Position numbers and translations under genes: made by a program. The notes beneath the pieces are model-generated. The model had not been told where the DNA came from, searched no databases, and saw only the letters and a program-made list of their open reading frames with translations. A stretch of 63,711 bases of DNA, the filler included, from Candidatus Babelota bacterium (GTDB taxonomy: Bacteria; JAGOBX01): assembly GCA_017999075.1 (NCBI GenBank). It is 9 parts of 9 records of this genome, joined end to end, with 100 filler letters (N's around TTAATTAATTAA, not from the genome) between each part and the next. Parts side by side here need not be neighbours in the genome. Positions count along the whole stretch, not along the records: positions 35,649 to 42,628 come from JAGOBX010000185.1; positions 42,729 to 49,663 come from JAGOBX010000186.1; positions 49,764 to 56,691 come from JAGOBX010000187.1; 6 more parts are not named here. One strand, 5' to 3'. This document shows positions 41,501 through 50,695 of this stretch, piece by piece; the first letter of the stretch is position 1; each line of letters opens with the position of its first letter.

Positions 41501-42515
41501 CGGCAGTCATATTAGCGCTGCCTGTAGCCACTATTTCCATATCGAAAATGAATATTTTACTGTGTAACTGATTAAATCCTCCAGGCTGATTGCGGAGTGT
41601 TCCGTTTGCATCTCCCTGAAAATTTGATATTGTTGTTGCATCCCAGTCGCTTGATGTGGCCGGAGATCCTGAACAGCCTCGCCAGATAATTCCTGATTTG
41701 GCAATAATATCATCTCTTAAAGCATCTGTGCCTGCTGATGATGACCAGGCATCACTCATAAAAAAAATTGATTCTTTGCATAAAGCAACAAGCTGGCGAT
41801 AACGAGAAAGAAGTGAACCTGAACCTGCAGCATAACCGTCATCATTATCTTCAGGGCTGTACCTCAGTTCTATTGTATCTCCGTATGGTGAGTAAAAAAT
41901 ATCTCCGCCGCTGTATTGAGTTGCATCGTGAAAAGTTCCTGCAGCCATTTCTCTCATCTGTTCTTCGGCTTTTGCCCGCATTCCCGTTGACATTCCCCAC
42001 CATGGAAAAAATATTGCATTGTTGTGTTGAGAATCAAAACCGCCTGAAGTGTGGTTGGCTGAACTTACAAGATACCCTTTATTAGCAACAAAAATATCTT
42101 TTATATGCATAATAACTCCGCCAGCAGATTCTGTAACATCTGTTATATTGGCGTCAGTTAGCCCTGTAGCGTTTGTTAAACCTGTTCCTCCGTCTCCATC
42201 AGCGATAAGATAATCAGGAACTCCTCCGGCAGCACTGTGACTGTTGAGACCCATACTGTTAGTGGTGTTTATTCCGTTGATTGTGCCGATCCCGCCGGTA
42301 CCCCAGGTATAAGAACAAACATAAGTTGTGTCAGTTGTCGAATTTCCAAGTCCTGATATGAATGCTAACCAGCGCTCGAATCCTGAATTAACGGAATTTG
42401 TCCCATCTCCTATTGTAAATTGAGCCCACCACCATGGAGCAGCAAATAAAATTGAAGGAATAAACAATAAAAATAATAGAAGATACAAATATTTTGTTCT
42501 TATAATAAATTTCAT
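38595..42515 (-). CDS. Large secreted phospholipase-D-superfamily protein with FN3/Ig-like modules, acidic Ca-binding-like repeats and a C-terminal dockerin/EF-hand-like domain
   Basis: Signal peptide; 'HSKIFIFD...TGSANMT' (HKD) and an earlier degenerate 'HIKDIFV...SSANHT'; FN3-like 'APNAPSNF...AWTPS...YYFAIVAVD'; C-terminus 'GDFYFDGKINIKDA...YDINGDNKI'. Confidence 0.75.
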   Translation of the reverse strand: MKFIIRTKYLYLLLFLLFIPSILFAAPWWWAQFTIGDGTNSVNSGFERWLAFISGLGNSTTDTTYVCSYTWGTGGIGTINGINTTNSMGLNSHSAAGGVPDYLIADGDGGTGLTNATGLTDANITDVTESAGGVIMHIKDIFVANKGYLVSSANHTSGGFDSQHNNAIFFPWWGMSTGMRAKAEEQMREMAAGTFHDATQYSGGDIFYSPYGDTIELRYSPEDNDDGYAAGSGSLLSRYRQLVALCKESIFFMSDAWSSSAGTDALRDDIIAKSGIIWRGCSGSPATSSDWDATTISNFQGDANGTLRNQPGGFNQLHSKIFIFDMEIVATGSANMTAAAMYDSSSNDEVNIIVHDFRLARRYMNHYHHIMTNSGVTNDPSSDGYDNTAPNAPSNFSITPGASTFSAAWTPSTSTDISRYYIFVDTLPITKNRIGDRVDDDADGYYDEDPIGNADGFSSGSADNLSDISANDDDADGSADEDPWMYPEVMVKTTSGASCIISSWNVGESLLENVNYYFAIVAVDTQGNESAVDTSGPHTLVTLTNVEVETFYNVVSDTFYTNESNITVMSVNITGTSGDILDTFTLNNSGNMDSNQINSVKLWYDTGVISGIWDSSDGFAGQLTWQSSKQWYSNSLNIPLSASSSSFIVTISANQYSVTNDSFQAKIPVNGIDSRNLLPAPSSILTNPFFQYCSNTISISKTSEANTYVVYKNLDNIELLKFTIYPNPYNDSLTFISVSNNGGANNTDFSNIKLYSDSNSNGFDTSDLFMGELFWSGTSWDSNSLNFGLLSGPNYILITGKASSSISTGDTAQFKLNTLKTAFGDTVNPSITNLNISTCSNAVYLSQYNLTNAGYFKNTSNIPVFIGTILGIQSGDSLTTISIKNTSSTLDSTKISSMKLWFDNGDSSLNTGIDTFIDTFAYTGSNIYSCTNLNRTISNSSFIISIDINGNAAPNDTFNLIFEPLSCKTLFGDSFPASQISASRTVSITGAIECSISSPENNIDTISSVIRITGTTLSTNSGDTIKIYLNGVLITDSSIFSSNANFDTLIQLTDSVNTITVAAVSHLSDTNVDTKYIIVNYYSVPSVYITYPVISGIQYDTTASGYISISGTIANARNGDTLSIYVNGVLNDKLIISSGSWSGTAAIYLYSETVTVTITDRFNQTDTKYIIVTPGIIISGSIELDGAPTDSGTLVSISNDSFIFTAVTNETGEFTLRVLSQDTFVINFKKLNYTSYDTQIFISENINLGTVVILNAGDFYFDGKINIKDAALIKKYFGQSGTVYDINGDNKISGEEKTHLKKNYSK

Positions 42516-42628
42516 AAATTTTCGCTTTAATAAAGTTTAGTAAGATTAAATGCAATTTTATTTCATATTATATAACAGAATTTCATAAAATACTTTTTTA
42601 TAATAATAAATCAAGTAAAATATTAAGT

Positions 42629-42728
42629 NNNNNNNNNNNNNNNNNNNNNNNNNNNNNNNNNNNNNNNNNNNNTTAATTAATTAANNNNNNNNNNNNNNNN
42701 NNNNNNNNNNNNNNNNNNNNNNNNNNNN
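42629..42728. other. Artificial contig linker
   Basis: N44-TTAATTAATTAA-N44. Confidence 0.98.
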
Positions 42729-42798
42729 GCCTATAACAGATACGTAATTAAAAAAATATCATGAGGTAAAAAGGATTAATTCTGAAAAAATTGGGGAA

Positions 42799-43608
42799 TT
42801 GTGTAATCAAATTTTTTTATGGAGTTTATTTATGTTTTTAATAATTCATAAAACTTTAAAAGGATTGATTATTTACTTATTAGCCTCTAAACGAATTACC
42901 GGCATTGTTTTTTTATTATTATTTTTTATATTTTTTATAACATTGACAATTAGCGCTACAAATTTAAAGCCTAAAATTTTTTTTGACATTGAACATGGCG
43001 AACGTTATGAAGAAATTGAAGATGATTTTACCGATTATGATTATGATATAACAAAATCCTATAGATACAGAATTATTAAATTAGGATATAAACAAAGTTT
43101 AGATCCTAATTCGGATTTTTCTATAATTCTTAAAAATAACGATAAAAATTTTTCATATGCTGGAGATAACGGATTATCCAATTATTCAAATTCAGTTTTA
43201 GGGTATTACAAAAAAGACTTAACAGATATTATAGAATTTAAAATAGAAATCAACGCTTTAACCAGAAAATTCAGTGAACAATATTCTTCGGATAAAGAAA
43301 ATTATTGGTATACCTCAGGATTATCGTTTAAAATAACTCCTAAAAGCAATTCTAGTTTTTTTACTGCTGAATCAAACATATATTCGTTTAAATTAACCTA
43401 TAAAAACCAGCATTATTATAATGCCGATTATAAGGACCTAAACTCAAAAGGAATATACGGTGAATGGAACCGGAAAATTAACGATGCATTACGTATAGAA
43501 ACAAGGGCTAAATATAATATTAACAGATATGATGTTGAGAGCGGCATTCGCCAGAATTCCGATAAATATAACATTGGTGTAAGGTTTGAATATGATTTTA
43601 ACAAATAA
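42799..43608 (+). CDS. Exported hypothetical protein, probable beta-barrel (start codon uncertain)
   Basis: Hydrophobic signal-like segment, Tyr-rich amphipathic strands, C-terminal 'IGVRFEYDF'. Confidence 0.55.
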   Translation: MCNQIFLWSLFMFLIIHKTLKGLIIYLLASKRITGIVFLLLFFIFFITLTISATNLKPKIFFDIEHGERYEEIEDDFTDYDYDITKSYRYRIIKLGYKQSLDPNSDFSIILKNNDKNFSYAGDNGLSNYSNSVLGYYKKDLTDIIEFKIEINALTRKFSEQYSSDKENYWYTSGLSFKITPKSNSSFFTAESNIYSFKLTYKNQHYYNADYKDLNSKGIYGEWNRKINDALRIETRAKYNINRYDVESGIRQNSDKYNIGVRFEYDFNK

Positions 43609-44212
43609 TTATGATGAATCGCAGTATATTTATAAAGATAGACCAGTATACGATTTTTTTAAAAGATTCTTGGATCTTTTTATAGCTATTATTTTATTAT
43701 TTTTATTATCCCCTGTTTTTCTAATAATAATAGTTATTCTTAAAATCAGTTACAAGCAGAATGTTTTTTATTTCCAGGAGAGAGTAGGGCAACATGGAAA
43801 AATATTTAAAATATATAAGTTTAGAACAATGAAACTTAATGCAGAAGATATTGAACCGGTATGGGCAAAACCTGATGATGAACGCTGTACAGTTTTTGGA
43901 AAAATATTAAGAAAAACAAGTATAGACGAATTACCTCAGCTCATAAATATCATTGCTGGAAATTTATCTATAGTTGGACCTCGGCCTGAACGTCCTTTTT
44001 TTATGAAAGATCATGTCGGATTATCTGGAAAAAGGTTGCTTGTAAAACCAGGATTAACTGGACTTGCCCAGGTTAACGGAAGATATAAACTCAATATAGA
44101 AGAAAAATTAAAATTTGATCTTGAATATATTCATAATCGCAGTGTTTATCTTGATATAAAAATTATGATCAAAACAGTTCCTGTAATAATAAGCTGTAAT
44201 GGAGCATGGTAA
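43592..44212 (+). CDS. Bacterial sugar transferase (priming phosphoglycosyltransferase)
   Basis: 'KRFLDL', 'FKIYKFRTM', 'LRKTSIDELPQL', 'VGPRPE', 'KPGLTGLAQV'. Confidence 0.95.
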   Translation: MILTNNYDESQYIYKDRPVYDFFKRFLDLFIAIILLFLLSPVFLIIIVILKISYKQNVFYFQERVGQHGKIFKIYKFRTMKLNAEDIEPVWAKPDDERCTVFGKILRKTSIDELPQLINIIAGNLSIVGPRPERPFFMKDHVGLSGKRLLVKPGLTGLAQVNGRYKLNIEEKLKFDLEYIHNRSVYLDIKIMIKTVPVIISCNGAW

Positions 44213-44304
44213 TATTAAATATTCTGAATATAAATTATAAAATTTATATTTTTAAGATTTGAAAAAAATTTTATATTATTATAGTTACCCTGAAAATATT
44301 TCAA

Positions 44305-45546
44305 ATGAAAAAAATATCAGCAGCTATTATATTTTTTTTGTTTATAAAAGTATTTGCATCAGCAAACGTTTATACAACAACTACGGTTAATATATGGCAT
44401 TCTTTTCGTGAAAATGAAGAAAAATCGCTTTCATATCTTGTTAAAAAATTCAATTTAATTCATCCTGATTATAATGTAATATTAAAGAGAGTTGATTCTG
44501 ATTCATTCGCAACAATAATAGAAAATAATTACAGCAAACCAGATGGGCCTGATATTTTTATTTGGGCTCACGATCGGCTTGGAGACTGGGCTGAAAAAAA
44601 AATAGCTCTGCCTATAGGCAAATTAATTAGTTTTACAGTATTATCGGAATATATAAAATCTTCTATAAAAGCTCTAACTTATAAAAATAACCTTTATGGT
44701 TTACCGTTCAGCATAGAATGTGTGGCTTTATTCTACAATAAGAAACATCTTTCAAATCCGCCTGTATCTTTTGAACAATTAGTAAATCAATCAGAATCAT
44801 TTATAAAATCAGGAAATGAAAAATATGGATTGTTATATGCGTATGACGATTATTATTTCCATAGTATTCTGCTTCATAGTTATGGCGGGGCAACTTTTAC
44901 TCCTGATCATAAATATAATCTGGACAGCGCCGAAATGAAAAAATCTCTTGAATTAAGCTCTATTCTTTTTAAGAAAAAAATTATTCCTGTTGTTCCTGAA
45001 GGGAAAAACTTATGGGATTATCAGTTGTCATTGTTTAATAATGGAAATTTGCTTTTTTTGATTTCAGGTCCATGGATCATAGGCTCATTAAAAACAAAAG
45101 ATTGGGGTGTTACTGTTCTTCCTAAATTTGATGATAAACATTATATGCAGCCATTTTTAGGAGTTAAAGGACTATTTTTAACAAATAAAAAAAGAACAGA
45201 TGTTCTTATAAAAAAAATTATTAATGTTATGGAATATTTATCTTCAGGAGAATCCGGAGCAATAATGGGAAATGTCGGCGGTTATCTTCCTGCTAATATA
45301 ACAGCTTATAATGACGATGTTCTAAAAGATAATTCAGCGGCTTTGGTTTTCAGAGATCAATCAATTAAATCTTACCCTATGCCCAATATTCCTGAAATGT
45401 CGCTAATATGGAAAATAATGAATAATAAATCAACATTGGAATTTGGCATATTAAGGTTAACCCAAACCGGTAAAATTAACCCGGAAAATGCTGTAAAAAA
45501 AGCAAAACAGCAATTTTATAATTTATTAAACAACAACCGGAAATAG
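44305..45546 (+). CDS. Extracellular sugar-binding protein (MalE-like SBP family 1)
   Basis: Signal peptide; 'GPDIFIWAHDRLG', 'YGLPF', 'LFYNK', 'SGPW', 'PFLGV', 'PMPNIPEM..IW'. Confidence 0.9.
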   Translation: MKKISAAIIFFLFIKVFASANVYTTTTVNIWHSFRENEEKSLSYLVKKFNLIHPDYNVILKRVDSDSFATIIENNYSKPDGPDIFIWAHDRLGDWAEKKIALPIGKLISFTVLSEYIKSSIKALTYKNNLYGLPFSIECVALFYNKKHLSNPPVSFEQLVNQSESFIKSGNEKYGLLYAYDDYYFHSILLHSYGGATFTPDHKYNLDSAEMKKSLELSSILFKKKIIPVVPEGKNLWDYQLSLFNNGNLLFLISGPWIIGSLKTKDWGVTVLPKFDDKHYMQPFLGVKGLFLTNKKRTDVLIKKIINVMEYLSSGESGAIMGNVGGYLPANITAYNDDVLKDNSAALVFRDQSIKSYPMPNIPEMSLIWKIMNNKSTLEFGILRLTQTGKINPENAVKKAKQQFYNLLNNNRK

Positions 45547-45614
45547 AAAATGTTTATTGACCTGCAAAAAATTATTTTTATAAAGTATTATATTATGCGG
45601 AAAAATTAGCAAAA

Positions 45615-48260
45615 GTGAGTTTAAAAATGAAACTTAAAAAAAAAGTAGTATTTTTGTTGTTGGTTGTTTCTATAATACCTCTTCTTGCTTTAAGTTTTAT
45701 AAGTTATCGTATTGCACGCGAAATACTTATGAATCAAATAGGCAATCAAGTTGAAAAATTAGGATTTGAAATTGACGAAAAAATCTATTTGCATTTCAAA
45801 GAACTTGAAAATTCAAGCAATAAAATTGCAGAAAACAAAGATTTTTTATTATGGGCAGAACATTGCGATGACAAAAAAGTTGATGTAACTTTTTTAAATG
45901 AAATATTTAATATAAATTTCATACATTTTTTAAACAAAAACAAAAATTTTATCAATATTTTATATTATAATAAATTCAATAATCTTATATATTCATCTCA
46001 AAATGATAAATCATTTATTCCTGATTATATAATTTCAAATTTGAATTTTAAAAAGAATAGTGAACCAATTACTGTTTATGGAAAAAATGGGGAACCGTCT
46101 ATTTTTATTTTAAAAAAAATTTTATTTGAAAATAATTATTATGGTTCTCTTTTTTTTAAAATAAACATGGAATCTATTGATATTCTTATAAAGTCTATAA
46201 AACTTCAGGGTATAAAATATTTAAATATCATTATAGCAGATAATAACAGAATTATTTCGCCGTTCTCGGATTATATGGTAAATGAAAAAAGAAGTAATTA
46301 CAATACTGATTCTAAACAAAAAATTTCGGGAATAAATTTGGATTTGCTTGCTCCGGGAAAATTTATTGAAAAAAGAATAGGAAACCAAAACAATTTTTTT
46401 TACAAAAAAAAATTAAATAAGTTTAATTGGTCTGCAATAGTTATTCTTCAAAAAGAAGAATTGTTGAAACCTATTTCTAAACTTAAAATTACTGCGGCAA
46501 TCCTTACGATAATAGCATGCTTTATAACAATTATTTTATCTTTAGCTTTAAGCAATAATCTTGTAAAACCTATTGTATCTTTGACAAATTCTGCGGTAAA
46601 AATATCTTCTGGGAATTTTGATGAAAAAATTTCAGTTCAATCAAATAAATTAAATTCACCTTGTAATGATGATGAAATAATGATACTTGGAGACAGTTTT
46701 GAAACTATGAGGATAAATATTAAAGAACATATAGAACATCTTGACAGTAAAGTGATAGAACGCACGCAAGCTATTACTGACTTGCTTGATAATGCAGGTC
46801 AGGGATTTTTGAGTTTTGATATTTCTCTTACAGTAATGAAAGAATACTCTGCTCAGTGTTTGCAAATTTTTGGAAAAAAAATAGAAAATATGAATATTCT
46901 TGAATTATTGTTTCCGCATCAGTGGGAACAATATTTATTTGATTACGCATCGCTAAGACATGATTCCGAAATAGTTATCGCAGAAGATACTTTTAAATTT
47001 TGCATAGAAAACGAAAAAGAAGTTATGTTAAAACTTTTACCAAATGAAATTAAAATTGATAAAAAAATATTATCTGTAAAATATGTTTTTTTAAAACATC
47101 AGGATAATTCAAAAAATAGAATTATGTTAATATTAACTGATATAACTAATGAAAAACATCTTGAAAAAAAAGCGGCTGAAGAAGAAGAACGTAATAAATT
47201 CATAGTTAAAGTCGCTCTTGACAAAAATAGTTTTGTATTTTTTATTAAAGATTCATCAAATCTTATAACTCGAATGAGAAGTTTTGTGAACGATGGAAAA
47301 TTCGATATTTTAAATCTGACTTATATATACAGGGACTGCCATACTATTAAAGGAAATGCTTCTTTTTTCAACATGAGGAAAGTTGTAGAAACAACGCATA
47401 GATTTGAGAATTATCTCGAAGAAATCAAACTTACATCTATAATTCCGAATAATGTTATTGATGATGTAAATAAAAATATCGAAAATATATACATTTATTT
47501 AAATGAATATCTTGATTTGGTTAAAGATTTTCTTAATCGGGATGAAATATTAAAAGATGAAAAAATATTTGAAGTAACCGAAACCAGAATAAACAATTTG
47601 GTAAATTATGTTATTAATAAAAATATTACTGAAACAGATAAAAAATATATAATATCAAAGATAAATGAATTGAAGAAAATATCCATAAAATATATTTTAA
47701 AAAGATTTGTGTTAAACGCTCAGCAACTGGCGGTTAAACTCGGAAAAATAAAAGGTCAAATAAATTTGATAAATGAAGATTTGCCAGTAGATTATTATTA
47801 TTTGAAACCGGCAATAGATTCATTTGTACATTTAATCCGTAATGCAGTTGATCATGGAATAGAACCTGTTTCATTGAGAAAACGTCTCAATAAACCTGCA
47901 GAATTCAAATTGGAAATGTCTATTGATGAAAAAATTATTGACGATAAAATATATTTTATTTTTAAAATATCAGATGACGGACAAGGTATTGATTTAAAAA
48001 AATTGAAACAGAAGGTTATTGAAAAAAAAATAAAAACTGCCGAAGAAATCAGTTCTATTTCAGAAAATGAACTGATTAATTTGATTTTTTTGGATGGCAT
48101 AAGTTCAAAAGAAATTTCAACTGAAATTTCAGGACGAGGAGTAGGATTAAGCGCTGTGAAAGCTGCTGTGGAATCACTTAATGGGAAAATTGAAATACAG
48201 ACAGTTCAGGGAAAATCAACTTGTTTTACAGTGTTTATTCCATATTTGAAAACAGTATAG
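45615..48260 (+). CDS. Membrane-bound CheA-like histidine kinase: TM, Cache-like domain, TM, HAMP, PAS-like region, HPt, HATPase; no CheW domain
   Basis: Two TM helices; HAMP 'VKPIVSLTNSA...DEIMILGDSFETM'; HPt 'YRDCHTIKGNA'; CheA-type 'HLIRNAVDHGIE', 'DDGQGID', 'SGRGVGL'. Confidence 0.88.
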   Translation: MSLKMKLKKKVVFLLLVVSIIPLLALSFISYRIAREILMNQIGNQVEKLGFEIDEKIYLHFKELENSSNKIAENKDFLLWAEHCDDKKVDVTFLNEIFNINFIHFLNKNKNFINILYYNKFNNLIYSSQNDKSFIPDYIISNLNFKKNSEPITVYGKNGEPSIFILKKILFENNYYGSLFFKINMESIDILIKSIKLQGIKYLNIIIADNNRIISPFSDYMVNEKRSNYNTDSKQKISGINLDLLAPGKFIEKRIGNQNNFFYKKKLNKFNWSAIVILQKEELLKPISKLKITAAILTIIACFITIILSLALSNNLVKPIVSLTNSAVKISSGNFDEKISVQSNKLNSPCNDDEIMILGDSFETMRINIKEHIEHLDSKVIERTQAITDLLDNAGQGFLSFDISLTVMKEYSAQCLQIFGKKIENMNILELLFPHQWEQYLFDYASLRHDSEIVIAEDTFKFCIENEKEVMLKLLPNEIKIDKKILSVKYVFLKHQDNSKNRIMLILTDITNEKHLEKKAAEEEERNKFIVKVALDKNSFVFFIKDSSNLITRMRSFVNDGKFDILNLTYIYRDCHTIKGNASFFNMRKVVETTHRFENYLEEIKLTSIIPNNVIDDVNKNIENIYIYLNEYLDLVKDFLNRDEILKDEKIFEVTETRINNLVNYVINKNITETDKKYIISKINELKKISIKYILKRFVLNAQQLAVKLGKIKGQINLINEDLPVDYYYLKPAIDSFVHLIRNAVDHGIEPVSLRKRLNKPAEFKLEMSIDEKIIDDKIYFIFKISDDGQGIDLKKLKQKVIEKKIKTAEEISSISENELINLIFLDGISSKEISTEISGRGVGLSAVKAAVESLNGKIEIQTVQGKSTCFTVFIPYLKTV

Positions 48261-48266
48261 CAATAG

Positions 48267-48350
48267 TGGTGCGAGAAAGGGGACTTGAACCCCTACGCCT
48301 GAGGCGCTAGATCCTAAGTCTAGTGCGTCTGCCAATTCCGCCATTCTCGC
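48267..48350 (-). tRNA. tRNA-Leu (anticodon TAG), CCA encoded
   Basis: GCGAGAATGGCGGAATTGGCAGACGCACTAGACT-TAG-GATCTAGCGCCTCAGGCGTAGGGGTTCAAGTCCCCTTTCTCGCACCA; long variable arm. Confidence 0.97.
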
Positions 48351-48389
48351 AAATTAAAAAAATCAACGGGAAACCTTAATTTTTTCAGT

Positions 48390-48418
48390 ATTTTATTAGG
48401 GTTTTGGTGAATTGTCAA
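48390..48418 (-). promoter_or_regulatory. Sigma70 promoter of tRNA-Leu (TTGACA-17-TAAAAT)
   Basis: tgtcaa at 48413-48418, atttta at 48390-48395. Confidence 0.7.
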
Positions 48419-48495
48419 GTTGTTTTTCTTTTTCCAAATTAATTTATTGCTTGTTAATCATAAATTATTTTATAGAAAAAAATATGATAAAATTT

Positions 48496-49371
48496 TTAAC
48501 TGCGGATGTTCTTACAAAAAATATTTTTATTTTGATAATTTGAATAAAAAGAGGTTGCTAAAATTGGATTTATTGCTAACGGCGGTAATCCCAACTTTTC
48601 AACAGCTTTTTTACATAATATCATTTTGTCAATATTTTCTGAACCTTCTGAAATTTCTAAAACCGCATTATGAATTCTCAATAAATATTCTATTCCTTGC
48701 TGCAAATAATCTGTAATAGCATCTTTACCTTTCGGCTCTGCCCAAGAAGATAATAAATAATCAATATTTTGTATTTTTTTTATTTTTTCAATAGATTTAA
48801 GTAAATTGTCAATTTCAGTATATACTGGCAAATCACCTATTCCAGGAATTGTATCGCCTGTAAACAATACTTTATCTTCATAATGATATAATGAAATAGA
48901 ATCATCAGAATGTCCGGGAGTATGAATTATTTTCAAAGTATTTTCGGGATCTAAACTTATTATTTCATCGTTTTCGACAGTTTTATCAACTGGAACTGAA
49001 CCACTGACTAATTGATTAAACCCAGGCACGGGTCTTTGATTGTATTGCAATTGTGTATCTTCTAACCATTTTTTTCCATTTTTATGAATGATTATTTTAG
49101 GATTGTATTCGTTTTTGAAGATATAAGTCGCGCCAATATGATCAGGATGAGAGTGTGTATGAATGATATGAGATATTTCTTTTGGTTTTCGGCCTTGGTG
49201 TTTGATATAATCAATTATTATTTGATATGAATTGGCAACTCCGGTATCGATAATTGTTATCGTATCTCCTAAAATAATATAGGAATATACCAATCGTGAT
49301 AATTTTTTTTCAGGAGAAACTGGGATTTCAAAGGGTATTTTTATCGCGCAAATATGTTTTGATATTTTCAT
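48496..49371 (-). CDS. MBL-fold metallo-hydrolase
   Basis: 'IIDTG', 'THSHPDHIG', 'HTPGHS', 'LFTGD'. Confidence 0.93.
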   Translation of the reverse strand: MKISKHICAIKIPFEIPVSPEKKLSRLVYSYIILGDTITIIDTGVANSYQIIIDYIKHQGRKPKEISHIIHTHSHPDHIGATYIFKNEYNPKIIIHKNGKKWLEDTQLQYNQRPVPGFNQLVSGSVPVDKTVENDEIISLDPENTLKIIHTPGHSDDSISLYHYEDKVLFTGDTIPGIGDLPVYTEIDNLLKSIEKIKKIQNIDYLLSSWAEPKGKDAITDYLQQGIEYLLRIHNAVLEISEGSENIDKMILCKKAVEKLGLPPLAINPILATSFYSNYQNKNIFCKNIRS

Positions 49372-49663
49372 AATCTTGCCTTCTCGTTAATATTTAAAAG
49401 TGCTATTTCACATAAACTGATAGGGACTTGCGTTTCGCCTGTCAAACATCAAAATCAAAATTTATAAGCTACTTTTTTAAATAATATATTCTAACGTTGC
49501 AGAATTTTCAAGTCTTATTTTCAAATGGGAGGTTGACAGTTTTTTTTTTAATGTAAAATTACAAATATCATGGATATAAAAAGCAGAACGTAATTAACCG
49601 TAGTTAATCTGTAATACCTCCCCTCCAAAAATTAATGAAAATTAGTTAAAACCAATGAAAATT

Positions 49664-49763
49664 NNNNNNNNNNNNNNNNNNNNNNNNNNNNNNNNNNNNN
49701 NNNNNNNTTAATTAATTAANNNNNNNNNNNNNNNNNNNNNNNNNNNNNNNNNNNNNNNNNNNN
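49664..49763. other. Artificial contig linker
   Basis: N44-TTAATTAATTAA-N44. Confidence 0.98.
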
Positions 49764-49777
49764 CAAAAAAACTCGAG

Positions 49778-50695
49778 TTGCTCCAAATATTATATTTAAT
49801 TAAAGAAACACAATCTAAAATACTTAAATGTGTTGACTGCTCTATTATTTTTATGTCTCCACAGTTATCAGATACTGAAATTTACGAAGAAAATTATTAT
49901 TATTTCAATAATTATCCTGAAAAATCAGTTAAGGAAGACCAAATCAAATCTAATTTTATCCTTAAATATATTGCTTCAAACTTCCCGGAAGCTAAAAGCA
50001 TTTTTGATATCGGAGCAGCAACAGGAATTTTTTTGAATGAATCCTCAAAAAAAGGATTCAAAATAAATGGAATGGAAATCTCAAAAGCAGGATGCAGCAT
50101 AGCAGAATCTGTTTTCGGTATAAATTTATTTTGCGGTAGTATTGAAGATTATAATAAAAAAATTGATTCCGATATTGTAATAATGACAGATGTTCTTGAA
50201 CATACTTACAATCCGGATAAAACTCTAAATAAAATTTATCAATTAACAAAAAAAGGTGCAAAAATTATTATAGAAACTCCAAATATAGGAAGTTTTTATT
50301 ACAAAATCGCAGGAAAAAAATGGGTGGGGTTCAACCAATATCACAATTTTCATTTCACAAAAAACAGTTTAATTAGACTTGCAGAAAATCAAAACTTTAA
50401 AATTTTATCGGTTTTCACAACAAATTTTAACATATTATCTGCCGAAGGGTTTTGGAGAACAGGTTTAAAAGACATTATAAAATCAATACTTATAAAAACA
50501 AATTTGTTAAAAACCATAACAAAAATCAATTCATTTGAATGCACTTTGAATATAAAAAAAATATCTGAAATATTGTTGAAAAAATATAAATCCAATATTT
50601 TTGAAAAAATATTTTATTATATTAACTTTCCTATTAATAAATGGGCAAACATCAAATTATCAGGCGATCAGATATGGATTATATTAGAAAAATAA
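49778..50695 (+). CDS. Class I SAM-dependent methyltransferase of the polysaccharide-locus type (5' end probably truncated)
   Basis: 'CVDC', 'IFDIGAATG', 'GMEIS', 'DVLEH', 'IETPN'. Confidence 0.88.
   Translation: MLQILYLIKETQSKILKCVDCSIIFMSPQLSDTEIYEENYYYFNNYPEKSVKEDQIKSNFILKYIASNFPEAKSIFDIGAATGIFLNESSKKGFKINGMEISKAGCSIAESVFGINLFCGSIEDYNKKIDSDIVIMTDVLEHTYNPDKTLNKIYQLTKKGAKIIIETPNIGSFYYKIAGKKWVGFNQYHNFHFTKNSLIRLAENQNFKILSVFTTNFNILSAEGFWRTGLKDIIKSILIKTNLLKTITKINSFECTLNIKKISEILLKKYKSNIFEKIFYYINFPINKWANIKLSGDQIWIILEK

Noticed and set aside
48267-49371. tRNA-Leu as an integration site for an island carrying the MBL gene
   Set aside because: The MBL gene lies on the 5' side of the tRNA; no integrase or duplicated tRNA 3' end is visible.
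49415-49445. Small GC-rich hairpin (GCGAAACGC on the minus strand) upstream of the MBL gene as a riboswitch
   Set aside because: Too short and does not match the c-di-GMP, fluoride or other aptamer consensus that I can recognise.
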